NCBI GenBank assembly: GCA_937925675.1
Contig: CALAME010000002.1
Span: 6,261 to 70,260 of the forward strand
Direction of reading: 5' to 3'
DNA: 64,000 nucleotides
DNA from: an uncultured Paenibacillaceae bacterium
GTDB taxonomy: Bacteria; Bacillota; Bacilli; Paenibacillales; CALAME01
Shown here: positions 1 through 10,329 of the stretch, one piece after another
Numbering within the stretch: the first letter of the stretch is position 1
Layout: the number at the start of each line of letters is the position of its first letter
Notes under the pieces: model-generated
Told to the model about the DNA's origin: nothing
Databases searched by the model: none
What the model saw: the letters and a program-made list of their open reading frames with translations, nothing else
Position numbers and translations under genes: made by a program

Positions 1-801
1 ATCGCCGTACCGTCCCAGGAATGGGCGGATAAAGTGTTCCCTGATCTGGCACCTGAAAATCGCGTCAAGGCGCTGTGGGAAGCCATATTCAAAGCGACAC
101 GCATCGATCAGGGAGATCCGGTTGCGGCTTGGCGAGCCCATACTGCGGATCTGGATCGGAGAGCAGCGTATCTGAATGAACGCAAATACAAGGCGTTGCA
201 CTATAAAGCGCCCGGCACGGATCTCGTGGTTGAATTGCCGCCGGCTCATCGTTGGGTGAGCGCCGGCAGCTATAATGAAAAAGGGACGCTGTTTATCGCC
301 AATATGCCGACGGAAGAAGTGTTTACCGCACCGCTCAAAAATGGCGTAAACGGAACCGTGCGGAGCACCAAACCGCTCAGCTATGGGGGCAATCTGATCG
401 AAAATATTTTTCTTGAATTCAAAGAGGGCAAGATCGTCCGCTTCGCTGCTGACAAAGGATATGACACGCTCAAAGGACTCATTGAAACGGATGAAGGTGC
501 CCGCTATCTCGGTGAAGTTGCTCTCGTTCCTCACCGTTCCCCGATCTCGGAGACGAATCTCGTCTTTTTCAACACCTTGTTTGATGAAAATGCTTCGAAC
601 CATCTGGCCATCGGAAAAGCCTATGCATTTTGTCTAGAAGGCGGCAAATCGATGAGCAAGGAGGAACAAGAACGCCACGGGCTCAATGACAGTCTGGTTC
701 ACGTCGATTTCATGATCGGTTCGGAGCAGATGGACATCGACGGCATCCGTGCCGACGGATCCACCGAACCGGTGTTCAGACAAGGAAACTGGGCTTTTTA
801 A
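1..801 (+). CDS. ampS: Aminopeptidase, M29 family (AmpS/PepS-like), C-terminal part; 5' end lies outside the window
   Basis: The frame is open from nt 1. The translated sequence (…YKAPGTDLVVELP…FIANMPTEEVFTAP…LVHVDFMIGS…) matches the thermophilic/AmpS aminopeptidase pattern. Confidence 0.85.
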   Translation: MAVPSQEWADKVFPDLAPENRVKALWEAIFKATRIDQGDPVAAWRAHTADLDRRAAYLNERKYKALHYKAPGTDLVVELPPAHRWVSAGSYNEKGTLFIANMPTEEVFTAPLKNGVNGTVRSTKPLSYGGNLIENIFLEFKEGKIVRFAADKGYDTLKGLIETDEGARYLGEVALVPHRSPISETNLVFFNTLFDENASNHLAIGKAYAFCLEGGKSMSKEEQERHGLNDSLVHVDFMIGSEQMDIDGIRADGSTEPVFRQGNWAF

Positions 802-825
802 GATCATGAAGGCGCACTATCATCA

Positions 826-848
826 AGGCGCACCCGAAAGGTGCGCCT
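826..848. terminator. GC-rich hairpin between convergent ampS and ggt
   Basis: AGGCGCACC-cgaaa-GGTGCGCCT is a perfect 9-bp stem, but neither side has a strong U-tract. Confidence 0.45.
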
Positions 849-854
849 CAATCT

Positions 855-2441
855 TTACCAGCCGATTGCCAGACCGTCGCTGCGCGGATCGGCTCCACCT
901 TGGCGATAACCGTATTCATCAATGCGGATCGCACAGGCATGTCCCATCAACCGGTGATGATCTTCAACCATCCGGACGCGGTGGCCGACTTGGGCTAACT
1001 GCTCGCCGACCGATTCCCCAATGGATTTTTCCAGTTTCAACTCGTCGTTTACTTTTTCACCCCAGGTTCGTCCCCATAACCATCGCGGCAGGCTGACCGC
1101 CTGTTGCGGATCCATGCCAAAGTCGATCATGCGTGTAATGATCGCGGTTTGCGTTTGCGGCTGCCCTTCCCCACCTTGCGTCCCGTACAAGATGGCCGGT
1201 TTATCATCAAGCATCGCCAGCGCCGGCATCAGCGTATGAAAGGTACGTTTGCGCGGCTCCAGCCGGTTGATATGATGGGGATCAAGCGAAAAGAAGGAAC
1301 CGCGGTTTTGCAATAAAACACCGGTTTCCCCTGCAGTCCAGGCGGAACCGAACTCAAAATACAAACTTTGAATAAAAGAAACGGCATTCCCTTCCTCATC
1401 GACGACGGCGGCATAGGCAGTGTCGCTCCCCATCTCAGTCCCCAGAATGTCTTGGGCACGATCCATCCGGATCGTTTGCGCCAACTTGTTCGCATACGCC
1501 GCGGACAATAGTTGCGATAGCGGCACATCATAGAAGTCCGGATCGGTCAAATGGCGATTGCGGTCTACAAAAGACAGTTTCAGCGCTTCGATCAGCAAAT
1601 GATAGTAGGCAAATGTGCCGTGTCCTGCCGCTTGCAAATCAAAGTTTTTCAAAATGTTCAACGCCATTAAAGCCGCAAATCCCTGCGAGTTGGGCGGCAT
1701 CTGGTAAACGGTATATCCCCGGTAATCCGTTGAGATCGGTTCTACCCAATTCCCGGTATGGTCAGCAAAATCTTCGCGTGTCAATATACCGCCCTGCTGC
1801 TTGAGCTCAGCGGTGATGGACGCGGCGATCTCCCCTTCGTAAAAGGCGGTTCTTCCTTCTTTAGCGATCAGACTTAACGTGTCCGCCAATTCCCGCTGTA
1901 CGAATTTTTCTCCAAAGGACGGGGGACGACCTCCGGGCAAGTAGATGCGGGCAGTATGCGGGTATGCTTGCAACGTCGGGGCAAACTGGCTGGAAAATTG
2001 ATGCTGGCTCCGAGAACATGGAAACCCTTCTTTTGCATATTGGATCGCCGGTTCCAGCACTTCTTTTAGCGTCAGCTTTCCATATTCCCGTAGAACCGCA
2101 TCCCAGCCGTCCACCATACCGGGGACCGTGATCGCACTGAGCGGTCCGCGCACCGGAATGTCTTCTCTCCCCGCATAGACGCCAGGTTCTGTGCGGTATC
2201 CGGAACGGCCGCTCGCATTGTAGGCGCGCACCGCCCCATCGTGCGCCGTATACATCAGCCAGAACGCATCCCCGCCAATGCCGGTCATGTGCGGATAGAC
2301 GACCGCCAGACAGGCACTGACGGCGACGGCAGCGTCAAACGCATTTCCGCCCTGATCCAAAATGCGCGCCCCAGCCATGGTAGCCAAATAATGCGGGCTG
2401 GTCACCATCGTTTGGGTGCCGATTGCAGGTGGCCGGATCAA
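855..2441 (-). CDS. ggt: Gamma-glutamyltransferase family protein (YwrD-like, no obvious signal peptide)
   Basis: GGT-family sequence (…TSPHYLATMAGARILDQGGNAFDAAVA…TGIGGDAF…). The ORF-track start at 2513 would run through the glcB terminator. A TTG at 2441 sits 5 nt after GGGGAGG, and an ATG at 2408 is the alternative start. Confidence 0.85.
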   Translation of the reverse strand: MIRPPAIGTQTMVTSPHYLATMAGARILDQGGNAFDAAVAVSACLAVVYPHMTGIGGDAFWLMYTAHDGAVRAYNASGRSGYRTEPGVYAGREDIPVRGPLSAITVPGMVDGWDAVLREYGKLTLKEVLEPAIQYAKEGFPCSRSQHQFSSQFAPTLQAYPHTARIYLPGGRPPSFGEKFVQRELADTLSLIAKEGRTAFYEGEIAASITAELKQQGGILTREDFADHTGNWVEPISTDYRGYTVYQMPPNSQGFAALMALNILKNFDLQAAGHGTFAYYHLLIEALKLSFVDRNRHLTDPDFYDVPLSQLLSAAYANKLAQTIRMDRAQDILGTEMGSDTAYAAVVDEEGNAVSFIQSLYFEFGSAWTAGETGVLLQNRGSFFSLDPHHINRLEPRKRTFHTLMPALAMLDDKPAILYGTQGGEGQPQTQTAIITRMIDFGMDPQQAVSLPRWLWGRTWGEKVNDELKLEKSIGESVGEQLAQVGHRVRMVEDHHRLMGHACAIRIDEYGYRQGGADPRSDGLAIGW

Positions 2442-2485
2442 CTTTGCCTCCCCTTTCAGTCCAACGATTTCGTAAACGAAAAATG

Positions 2486-2530
2486 CAAAAAGGCCGGCGC
2501 GTAAGGCGCGCAATGCGCCCCCCGCCGGTC
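2486..2530 (-). terminator. Intrinsic terminator after glcB
   Basis: On the minus strand, GACCGGCG…CGCCGGCC forms an outer stem around an inner GCGCG/CGCGC stem, followed by TTTTT. Confidence 0.7.
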
Positions 2531-2558
2531 TTTTCCAATCTGTTAGTAGAAAAAGCAG

Positions 2559-4775
2559 TTACTGTCCGTACCGGGCCTTCGCTTCTTTCCGTCTTCGATG
2601 CAGGATCGGTTCGGTATATCCGTTCGGTTGATGGTATCCTTCAAAGACAAGATCGCAAGCGGCCTGGAAAGCCACCGATTGTTCGTAATTCGGCGCCATC
2701 GGCCGATAATTCGGATCACCAGCGTTCTGTTCATCCACCACTTTCGCCATACGCTTCAACGTATCGAGCACCTGCTCTTTGGTGACGATTCCGTGATGGA
2801 GCCAGTTGGCGATGTGCTGGCTGGAAATACGGAGTGTGGCCCGGTCTTCCATCAATCCGATATTGTTAATATCCGGAACTTTGGAACAGCCGATTCCCTG
2901 ATCGATCCAGCGCACGACGTATCCTAAAATGCCCTGGGCATTGTTTTCCAGTTCCTGGCGGATTTCCTCTTCGCTCCAGTTCGGATTTTCGGCCACTGGA
3001 ATTTGCAAAATTTCGTCGCGCAATTGCTCGAGACTGTCCATTTTTTCCAGCAACGCTTGTTGCACCGTCGGTACATTGACCTCATGATAGTGCAGTGCGT
3101 GCAAGACCGCAGCTGTTGGCGATGGTACCCAGGCTGTATTGGCCCCGGCTTGAAGCTGGCCGATTTTCTGTTCGAGCATATCCTTCATCCGGTCCGGCAT
3201 TGCCCACATGCCTTTTCCGATCTGGGCGCGTCCTTTGAATCCGGTCGACAAACCGCTGAGTACGTTGGACCGCTCATAGGCGGACAGCCAGGTCGAATTT
3301 TTCATGTCATTTTTGCGGATCATCGGGCCAGCTTCCATCGAAGTATGGATCTCATCGCCGGTACGATCGAGAAAACCGGTATTGATGAAAATCACCCGAT
3401 CCTTCACTTCGCGGATGCACGCTTTCAAGTTCAGGCTCGTGCGTCTTTCTTCGTCCATAACCCCGATTTTCAACGTATGGCGTTTCAGACCAAGCAGATC
3501 TTCGACCCGATCAAACAGCTCATTGGCAAAGGCTACTTCCGCGGACCCGTGCATTTTCGGTTTGACGATATAAACGGATCCTTTTTGCGAGTTTTTGTAT
3601 TTGCCATTGCCGAGCAGATCATGCTTGGCGATCAAACTGGTTACAACCGCATCGAGAATGCCTTCCGGAATTTCTTGTCCATCAGCATCCAGCACCGCAT
3701 CGGTTGTCATCAGGTGGCCGACATTACGCACGAACATCAGCGAACGTCCGGGCAAGGTAAAGGTGCGGCCATCGGGTGCGGTATACGAACGGTCACCGTT
3801 TAACCGGCGCGTCATCATTTTTCCATTCTTTTCGAAAGTCGCTTCCAGATCGCCCTTGATCAGCCCGAGCCAAGAACGGTAAACGAGCGTTTTGTCATCC
3901 GCATCGACAGCGGCGACCGAATCCTCGCAGTCCATGATTGTCGTGACCGCGGCTTCCATGATGATATCTTTCACACCGGCCTTGTCTGTTTTTCCGACCG
4001 GATGCTCACGGTCAATGCACAGTTCGACGTGCAGACCGTTATTTTTCAACAGGATCGCTTCAGGCTCTTCCGCCTTGCCTCGGTACCCGACAAATTTGGA
4101 GCCGTCCGCTAATTCGGTTTCTCCGTCCGGGGTGCTTACGACCAGGCGTCCGTCCCTGACATGATAACCGGTCGCATTTTGGTGAGACTGGCCGACCAAT
4201 GGAAATGCTTTATCTAAAAATTGTTTGGCAAATTGAATGACTTTTTCTCCGCGCACCGGGTTATAGGATGTGCCCCGTTCCGCCCCTCCGTCCTCATCGA
4301 TCGCATCCGTACCATACAGGGCGTCATACAGGCTTCCCCAACGGGCATTGGCCGCATTCAACGCATAGCGCGCATTGCTGACAGGGACGACAAGCTGGGG
4401 ACCGCATTGGACAGCAACTTCATCGTCCACGTTTTCCGTCGTGATCGAAAAGTCTTCGACGTCCGGTTCCAGATAACCGATCTCACGCAAAAAAGCCTTG
4501 TAACGTTCAAAATCAAATGAATCCCGATTTTGCCTATGCCATTCATTGATCTGTTCTTGCAACCGTTCCCGCTGTTTCAGCAATTCGCGGTTGCGCGGAG
4601 CAAAATCACGCACAATTTGGCTAAACCCTTCCCAGAAATGCTGTTCATCAACACCGCTGTTCGGTAACGCTTCCTGCTGGATAAAATCATACAACACTTT
4701 GGCCACTTGCAGTTGACCAGCCGCTACATATGAGTTGACCTTTGCGTTCGTTCCACTCATAGCCCCATATCCCAT
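2559..4775 (-). CDS. glcB: Malate synthase G
   Basis: The 738-aa ORF has the full-length malate synthase G pattern (N-terminus …[23 protein letters not shown]…, size typical of the G isoform). Confidence 0.95.
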   Translation of the reverse strand: MGYGAMSGTNAKVNSYVAAGQLQVAKVLYDFIQQEALPNSGVDEQHFWEGFSQIVRDFAPRNRELLKQRERLQEQINEWHRQNRDSFDFERYKAFLREIGYLEPDVEDFSITTENVDDEVAVQCGPQLVVPVSNARYALNAANARWGSLYDALYGTDAIDEDGGAERGTSYNPVRGEKVIQFAKQFLDKAFPLVGQSHQNATGYHVRDGRLVVSTPDGETELADGSKFVGYRGKAEEPEAILLKNNGLHVELCIDREHPVGKTDKAGVKDIIMEAAVTTIMDCEDSVAAVDADDKTLVYRSWLGLIKGDLEATFEKNGKMMTRRLNGDRSYTAPDGRTFTLPGRSLMFVRNVGHLMTTDAVLDADGQEIPEGILDAVVTSLIAKHDLLGNGKYKNSQKGSVYIVKPKMHGSAEVAFANELFDRVEDLLGLKRHTLKIGVMDEERRTSLNLKACIREVKDRVIFINTGFLDRTGDEIHTSMEAGPMIRKNDMKNSTWLSAYERSNVLSGLSTGFKGRAQIGKGMWAMPDRMKDMLEQKIGQLQAGANTAWVPSPTAAVLHALHYHEVNVPTVQQALLEKMDSLEQLRDEILQIPVAENPNWSEEEIRQELENNAQGILGYVVRWIDQGIGCSKVPDINNIGLMEDRATLRISSQHIANWLHHGIVTKEQVLDTLKRMAKVVDEQNAGDPNYRPMAPNYEQSVAFQAACDLVFEGYHQPNGYTEPILHRRRKEAKARYGQ

Positions 4776-4933
4776 CCTTCCCCCGTTTTTTGGCGATTGT
4801 TCCTGTAAGAACCGGGGTTGTAATCTCCCAAAACTATTATATAATAGGTGTCACCGATAAATTAAATACATATTTCGAATACACAACATGCATTAAAGTT
4901 ATAGAAAAGACGACCACATACCGATGGAGGTCG

Positions 4934-5836
4934 ATGTCAGTGGATATTCGGCATCTGCATTATTTTTCTGAAGTGGCGAGACATCGCAGCTTTACAAAGG
5001 CTGCCGCCGCCTTGCACGTCTCGCAACCGTCGCTCAGCAAGGCGATCAAATCGATCGAAGAACAGCTCGGGGTCCCTCTGTTTTACCGTTCTTCGCGCCA
5101 GCTGGAACTGACCGACGCGGGGCGAGCAGTCCTTGTCAACGCCAAAAAAGTGTTGGACGCTTTCCGCAATTTAACTTCTGAACTGACTGACATTATGGAA
5201 TTGAAAAAAGGAGAGATTCGGATCGGCATTCCGCCGATGATGGGAGCAGTCTTTTTCTCCAGATCGATCAGCCGTTTCAAAGAGGCGTACCCGCTGGTCA
5301 ACATCACGCTGACTGAGGTGGGAACGAAAATTATTCAGCGGCGGGTCGAAGATGGATCGCTGGATATCGGGCTCGTCTGTCATGTCCCCATGCACAAAGA
5401 GGAGATCGAATCGATCGAACTATCCAAAGATCCGCTGATGTTGATTGTACACCGGGAGCATCCGTTGGCGACAAGGTCGCATGTTCGATTCGATGATCTG
5501 CGTGAAGAGCCGTTCATTTTATATCGAAATGATTTTTCCTTGCACGATCGTATTATTGAAGAATGCGCCAAACATCGCTTTTATCCGAACGTTGTTTGTG
5601 AAAGCTCGCAAAAAGATTTCATGGTGGAGATGGTTGAAGCCAAAATGGGCATCGCCCTTCTGCCCAGCAAAATTTGCGAAAGATTGCACAGCTCCTTGAT
5701 CGTTTCGATTCCGTTCGAACGCCCGTCCGTTTTTCTGGAACTGGGCATGATCTGGAAAAAAAACGACCACGTACCGTTTGCAGTGCGGGAATTTATTCGC
5801 ATGGCCCACGAACCGGTGACTTCCCCGACTTCCTAG
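4934..5836 (+). CDS. LysR-family transcriptional regulator
   Basis: The HTH region is MSVDIRHLHYFSEVARHRSFTKAAAALHVSQPSLSKAIKSIEEQLG. The ATG at 4934 is preceded by GGAGG. It is divergent from glcB and sits upstream of the ABC operon. Confidence 0.9.
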   Translation: MSVDIRHLHYFSEVARHRSFTKAAAALHVSQPSLSKAIKSIEEQLGVPLFYRSSRQLELTDAGRAVLVNAKKVLDAFRNLTSELTDIMELKKGEIRIGIPPMMGAVFFSRSISRFKEAYPLVNITLTEVGTKIIQRRVEDGSLDIGLVCHVPMHKEEIESIELSKDPLMLIVHREHPLATRSHVRFDDLREEPFILYRNDFSLHDRIIEECAKHRFYPNVVCESSQKDFMVEMVEAKMGIALLPSKICERLHSSLIVSIPFERPSVFLELGMIWKKNDHVPFAVREFIRMAHEPVTSPTS

Positions 5837-6116
5837 CTACTTCTCGGGTTTTCGGGCCATGCCCCGTTCCCCCGGCTGATTTTCTAAACCGCCCATCATG
5901 CCGTCAACCCCTTTCTCCCCCGACATTTTTTCAAGCGGAAACTCAACCGACACTTTCTCATGAACACGCTTCTCTTGCGACCATCTATTCCGCTTTTTTC
6001 ACGACCCATTTCTTTTTTTCATGGCCGGAACGCCTACCGGGCATGTGCATATGATAATATACGCGCAACTCCCGGAGCGAATTGCGCTCATGACGCAATG
6101 TAAGGAGGGAGTCAAC

Positions 6117-7133
6117 ATGGCAAAACGATGGCGGTTGCTGCTCTTTATGCTCGCTTTTGTACTTTTCGCACTCGGCCTTGCCGCCTGCGGGACGGACAAC
6201 GAAACGGCGATTGAAGTTCGAGTCGGAGAAGTCACCCGTTCGATCTTTTACGCTCCGCAATATGTGGCTCTAACTAATGGTTATTTCGCCGATGAAGGAT
6301 TGAAAGTGGAATTGAGAACGACGCCCGGCGGCGATGTGACGATGACCAACCTGCTGTCCGGCGCGATCGATATCGCATTGGTCGGTTCGGAAACGTCCGT
6401 TTATGTATACCAACAAGGCGCACAGGACCCTGTGATCAATTTTGCGCAATTGACCCAAACCGACGGCACGTTTTTGATGGCGCGCAAGCAGCATGATCCG
6501 TTCGATTGGGAAGTTCTCAAAGGCAGTACCTTTCTCGGGCAACGAAAAGGCGGTATGCCCCAAATGGCCGGAGAATTCGTACTGAGAAAACACGGAATTG
6601 ATCCCCACCACGATCTCAACTTGATCCAGAATGTCGACTTTGCCAACATCGCATCCGCTTATGCTTCGGGAACCGGGGAATTCGTACAGCTGTTCGAACC
6701 GACTGCAACCATGTTCGAACTGGAAGGGCGCGGGTATATCGTCGCCTCGTTCGGTGTGGAAAGCGGCAAACTGCCCTATACGGTGTTTATGGCCAAACAG
6801 AGTTACATTCATGAAAATGAAGAAGTCGTGCAAAAATTTACAAATGCCATCCATCGTGCGCAAAAATGGATTGAAGAAAATTCTCCCGAACAGATTGCGC
6901 AAGCCCTTCTGCCCTTTTTTGAGGATACGGACCCCGATGTCGTCGTCGCTGTTGTGGAGCGCTACAAAAACCAGCAATCGTACGCCCTCGATCCGATTAT
7001 CGATGAAGAAGAATGGAACCATTTGCTCGACATCATCGAGCAGGCAGGTGAAATCGAACAGAGAGTACCGTTTGAAACCCTTGTCGATAATACCTTTGCC
7101 GAAAAAGCGATCCAGATCGTAAGCGACCGCTGA
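6117..7133 (+). CDS. ABC transporter substrate-binding lipoprotein, NMT1/THI5-like (NitT/TauT family)
   Basis: It has a lipobox (LGLAAC-G) after a signal peptide and an SsuA/THI5-like body. AAGGAGGG lies upstream of the ATG at 6117. Confidence 0.85.
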   Translation: MAKRWRLLLFMLAFVLFALGLAACGTDNETAIEVRVGEVTRSIFYAPQYVALTNGYFADEGLKVELRTTPGGDVTMTNLLSGAIDIALVGSETSVYVYQQGAQDPVINFAQLTQTDGTFLMARKQHDPFDWEVLKGSTFLGQRKGGMPQMAGEFVLRKHGIDPHHDLNLIQNVDFANIASAYASGTGEFVQLFEPTATMFELEGRGYIVASFGVESGKLPYTVFMAKQSYIHENEEVVQKFTNAIHRAQKWIEENSPEQIAQALLPFFEDTDPDVVVAVVERYKNQQSYALDPIIDEEEWNHLLDIIEQAGEIEQRVPFETLVDNTFAEKAIQIVSDR

Positions 7134-7180
7134 TCATCATGACAGCCATCCCCACCATCCCGTCAAAGGAGTGACGTCAC

Positions 7181-7969
7181 ATGGCTGAACCTTTGCTGGA
7201 AATGAAAAATGTGTCCCACGTGTACGTCAACGATAAAGGAGCAGCATTGGCTGTTGATCAATTCAGCCTGACGATGCAATCCGGTGAGTTTGTCAGCCTC
7301 GTCGGGCCGAGCGGTTGCGGTAAAACGACAGTGCTGTCGATCATCGCCGGATTGCTTAAACCGGTTGCCGGCGAGGTCAAAATTGACGGCAAACCCGTAT
7401 CCCAACCCTCCGGTGAAGTCGGTTATATGTTGCAACAAGATTATTTGTTTCCGTGGAGAACGATCATGGAAAACGCCACAATCGGATTGGAATTGACGGG
7501 GAAACGTTCACCGGAAAGGGAGAAATATGTTCTCAGACTCCTGCTCGAGATGGGGCTGGGCAACCACATTCACGCCTTGCCCCATCAGTTGTCTGGCGGC
7601 ATGCGCCAGCGGGTGGCTCTCGTCCGGACACTGGCAACAGAACCGAATTTGCTGCTTCTGGATGAGCCGTTTTCTGCGCTGGATTACCAGACCAAGATGC
7701 AACTGGAGGATCTCGTTTGGCAAACGTTAAGGGATCGCAACAAAACCGTGCTGCTCGTCACCCACGACATCGCGGAGGCAATCGCGATGAGCGACCGGGT
7801 GATCGTCATGGGTCGCAATCCGGGCCGAATCCGCCATCAGGTCGACATACCGGAAGCGATCCGTGAAACGACGCCCTTTCATGCGCGGGAGAAAAGCGGA
7901 TTTCATGAATTGTTTCATCAAATCTGGAAGTACCTTGAAGAGAGCACAAGTGAGGGAGCACGTCCATGA
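7181..7969 (+). CDS. ABC transporter ATP-binding protein (NitT/TauT family)
   Basis: Walker A GPSGCGKTT, signature LSGGMRQR and Walker B LLLLDEPFSALD are all present. Confidence 0.92.
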   Translation: MAEPLLEMKNVSHVYVNDKGAALAVDQFSLTMQSGEFVSLVGPSGCGKTTVLSIIAGLLKPVAGEVKIDGKPVSQPSGEVGYMLQQDYLFPWRTIMENATIGLELTGKRSPEREKYVLRLLLEMGLGNHIHALPHQLSGGMRQRVALVRTLATEPNLLLLDEPFSALDYQTKMQLEDLVWQTLRDRNKTVLLVTHDIAEAIAMSDRVIVMGRNPGRIRHQVDIPEAIRETTPFHAREKSGFHELFHQIWKYLEESTSEGARP

Positions 7970-8772
7970 ACAGCCCGGAATATGAATTGTATCAAGGTTA
8001 TCTGCGGCAAAAAAGGAAAGAGCGCATTGCGGTCATGCTGACACAATTCATCATCGTAATCGGCTTGATCGCAGCCTGGGAATTCGCCGGCAGGATGAAC
8101 AAAATCGACACGCTTCTGTTCAGTTACCCGAGCAAAATTTTGCGGCTTTTGTATGACCGGTTGTTGGAAGGAACACTGTTGAACCACGTCGGTGTCACGT
8201 TGGCGGAAACATCGGTCGGCTTCTTGCTTGGAACCGTCTGTGGAACGGCATTGGCAGCCGCGATCTGGTGGTTTCGCTTCCTTTCCAAAGTGCTCGATCC
8301 GTTTCTGGTCGTTCTCAACAGCATGCCCAAAGTGGCGCTAGGCCCGCTCATTATCGTCGCCATCGGTCCGAACGTCGTCTCGGTCATCGCGACCGCCCTG
8401 GCCGTCACGGTCATCATTACGACGCTTGTAGTTCATTCCAGCTTTCGCGAAGTGGACGAAAGTTATATCAAAGTGGTGCGCATATTCGGAGCAACGCGTG
8501 CGGATGTGTTTCGCAAAGTGATCTTGCCGGCCTCATTTCCAACCATCGTCTCCACATTGAAAGTTAACGTTGGCCTTGCCTGGATCGGTGTGGTAGTTGG
8601 TGAATTTCTCGTCTCCAAGCAAGGGCTTGGCTATTTGATCATCTACGGATTTCAGGTGTTCAACTTTACGCTGGTGATCGGCAGCCTGTTTATTATTGCC
8701 ATCGCCGCTACCTTGATGTATCAAGCAGTGGCCGTGCTAGAAAAAAAATTGATCGGCCACCGGCAGAATTGA
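7966..8772 (+). CDS. ABC transporter permease (NitT/TauT family)
   Basis: It is a multi-TM protein and overlaps the ATPase stop by 4 nt, which suggests translational coupling. Confidence 0.9.
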   Translation: MNSPEYELYQGYLRQKRKERIAVMLTQFIIVIGLIAAWEFAGRMNKIDTLLFSYPSKILRLLYDRLLEGTLLNHVGVTLAETSVGFLLGTVCGTALAAAIWWFRFLSKVLDPFLVVLNSMPKVALGPLIIVAIGPNVVSVIATALAVTVIITTLVVHSSFREVDESYIKVVRIFGATRADVFRKVILPASFPTIVSTLKVNVGLAWIGVVVGEFLVSKQGLGYLIIYGFQVFNFTLVIGSLFIIAIAATLMYQAVAVLEKKLIGHRQN

Positions 8773-8790
8773 TGGTCCGATGGGGTTTAA

Positions 8791-8931
8791 CAACCTAAAA
8801 AACTGCAAGAACAGCTAGAGTTTCATGGCGTAAAATGGACACCGGACACGGATCGCAAAGAAGAAGGTGTAGTGAGATGTTACGCCAAGGACCCGTTCGG
8901 TAATCGCTTGAAATTCATGGAACGAATCTAA
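8791..8931 (+). pseudogene. C-terminal remnant of a glyoxalase/VOC-family gene
   Basis: A 46-codon open stretch with no start codon reads …EFHGVKWTPDTDRKEEGVVRCYAKDPFGNRLKFMERI*. The DPFGNxoxF ending is typical of VOC proteins, and an in-frame stop lies at 8788. Confidence 0.55.
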
Positions 8932-9061
8932 GGAAACATTATGCCGCCTATCGGCCGAGCTAACCGAAGGCGGCCATTGTAATAAAAATAAAAAGGTTAT
9001 CTGCATCCGGCCAATGTCGGACACAGATACACGTAAGCCCATGATAAAACGTTGCCCCGTT

Positions 9062-10081
9062 TTAAACCGTAACGATTTTACCTGATTGTTGCGATTCGAA
9101 CATGGCCAGTACCACTCTGAGCGATTTCCGGCCTTCTTCACCCGGGACAGGAGATGCTGTTCCATTCAGGATACTGTCGACGAAAGCATCGATCACGCCG
9201 CTTTTCGTCTGTTTTTCGTTCGTGGCGATTTCCCCGACCTGGTAACGTTCTACGGATCCGTCACGCAGTTCCACGATCACCTGATCTCTCAAGTCCGTTC
9301 CGATTTTCATCACACCGTTTTCACACCAGAATACGGTGCTGTTGTCCTCTCCCCTATAGTAGGTCCAGCTGGCCACAAGCGAACCGATCGCTCCGCTTTT
9401 CATGCGCAGGATACAGATGGCATTGTCATCCACATCGGTGTCCTTTTTGTCCAACGTCCCGATAAAACCAGCAACTTGCTCCACTTCATCATCGAGCAAC
9501 CAGCGGATCAGATCCGCTTTGTGGACGCCCAGATCCCCCATCGCGCCCATTGCGGCCTCTTCCTTGCGGAAAAACCAGCTGTCTCTGCCATCCAGACTCC
9601 ACCCTTCCGGTCCCGGATGTCCGAACGAAGTGCGGAAAGAAATCACTTTACCGAGCTTTCCGGATTGCAATATTTCCTTTGCCTTTACATGCGGTGGCAT
9701 AAAGCGCTGGTTATGGCCGACCATCAGAATGACGCCGGCTTCTTTGGCCGCCTGGATCATCTGTTCAGCCTCTTCATCGCTGGTTGCCATCGGCTTTTCC
9801 ACCAGCACGTGCGCACCCGCTTTTGCAGCTGCGATCGAAATCGGCGCATGCGTTACGTTGGGGGTACAAACGCTTACAGCATCCGGTTTGATTTCCTTCA
9901 GCAGTTCATCATGATCTTTAAATGCCTTGCCGCCGTATCGCTTGGCCATCTCTTCAGCTCTTTCCAAATTCGGATCGCTGAACGCTACCAGTTCCACATG
10001 TTCGTTTTCAGCGTATTCAGGAATGTGTCGACGCTGTGCAATGGCTCCACACCCGATCACGGCCACCCTGAGTTTGGACAT
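9062..10081 (-). CDS. Gfo/Idh/MocA-family NAD(P)-dependent oxidoreductase
   Basis: The N-terminal Rossmann motif reads MSKLRVAVIGCGAIAQRRHIPEY, and the family-typical EKP motif is present (VLVEKPMA). Confidence 0.9.
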   Translation of the reverse strand: MSKLRVAVIGCGAIAQRRHIPEYAENEHVELVAFSDPNLERAEEMAKRYGGKAFKDHDELLKEIKPDAVSVCTPNVTHAPISIAAAKAGAHVLVEKPMATSDEEAEQMIQAAKEAGVILMVGHNQRFMPPHVKAKEILQSGKLGKVISFRTSFGHPGPEGWSLDGRDSWFFRKEEAAMGAMGDLGVHKADLIRWLLDDEVEQVAGFIGTLDKKDTDVDDNAICILRMKSGAIGSLVASWTYYRGEDNSTVFWCENGVMKIGTDLRDQVIVELRDGSVERYQVGEIATNEKQTKSGVIDAFVDSILNGTASPVPGEEGRKSLRVVLAMFESQQSGKIVTV

Positions 10082-10329
10082 ACAGTTTCACCTCTCCGAT
10101 TTTCTACATCGTTCATCTTTCGATGCTAGACCGCCGCCGAATTTCCCTTCGCTGCAGGTGCACATAGTTGTCATATTTCGGCGATTGATGTAAACAGTCA
10201 TCAAGCCCATTATAAAAAAATTGCACCTTTTCCACCATGTAGGATATCATTATTACATGTACGATTCTGCTATTATTGTGATGGATGGATTCAAATATGG
10301 CCTGGAAATTCGGGGAGGATTGTGAAAAG

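Noticed and set aside
2442-2513. Longer N-termini offered by the ORF track for ggt (to 2513), the LysR gene (4790), the SBP gene (6021), ykoF-like (30417), the Nudix gene (36397), pepA (61620) and others.
   Set aside because: In each case the extension lacks an RBS and/or contains a terminator or riboswitch. An internal start with a GGAGG-type RBS gives the family-typical length.
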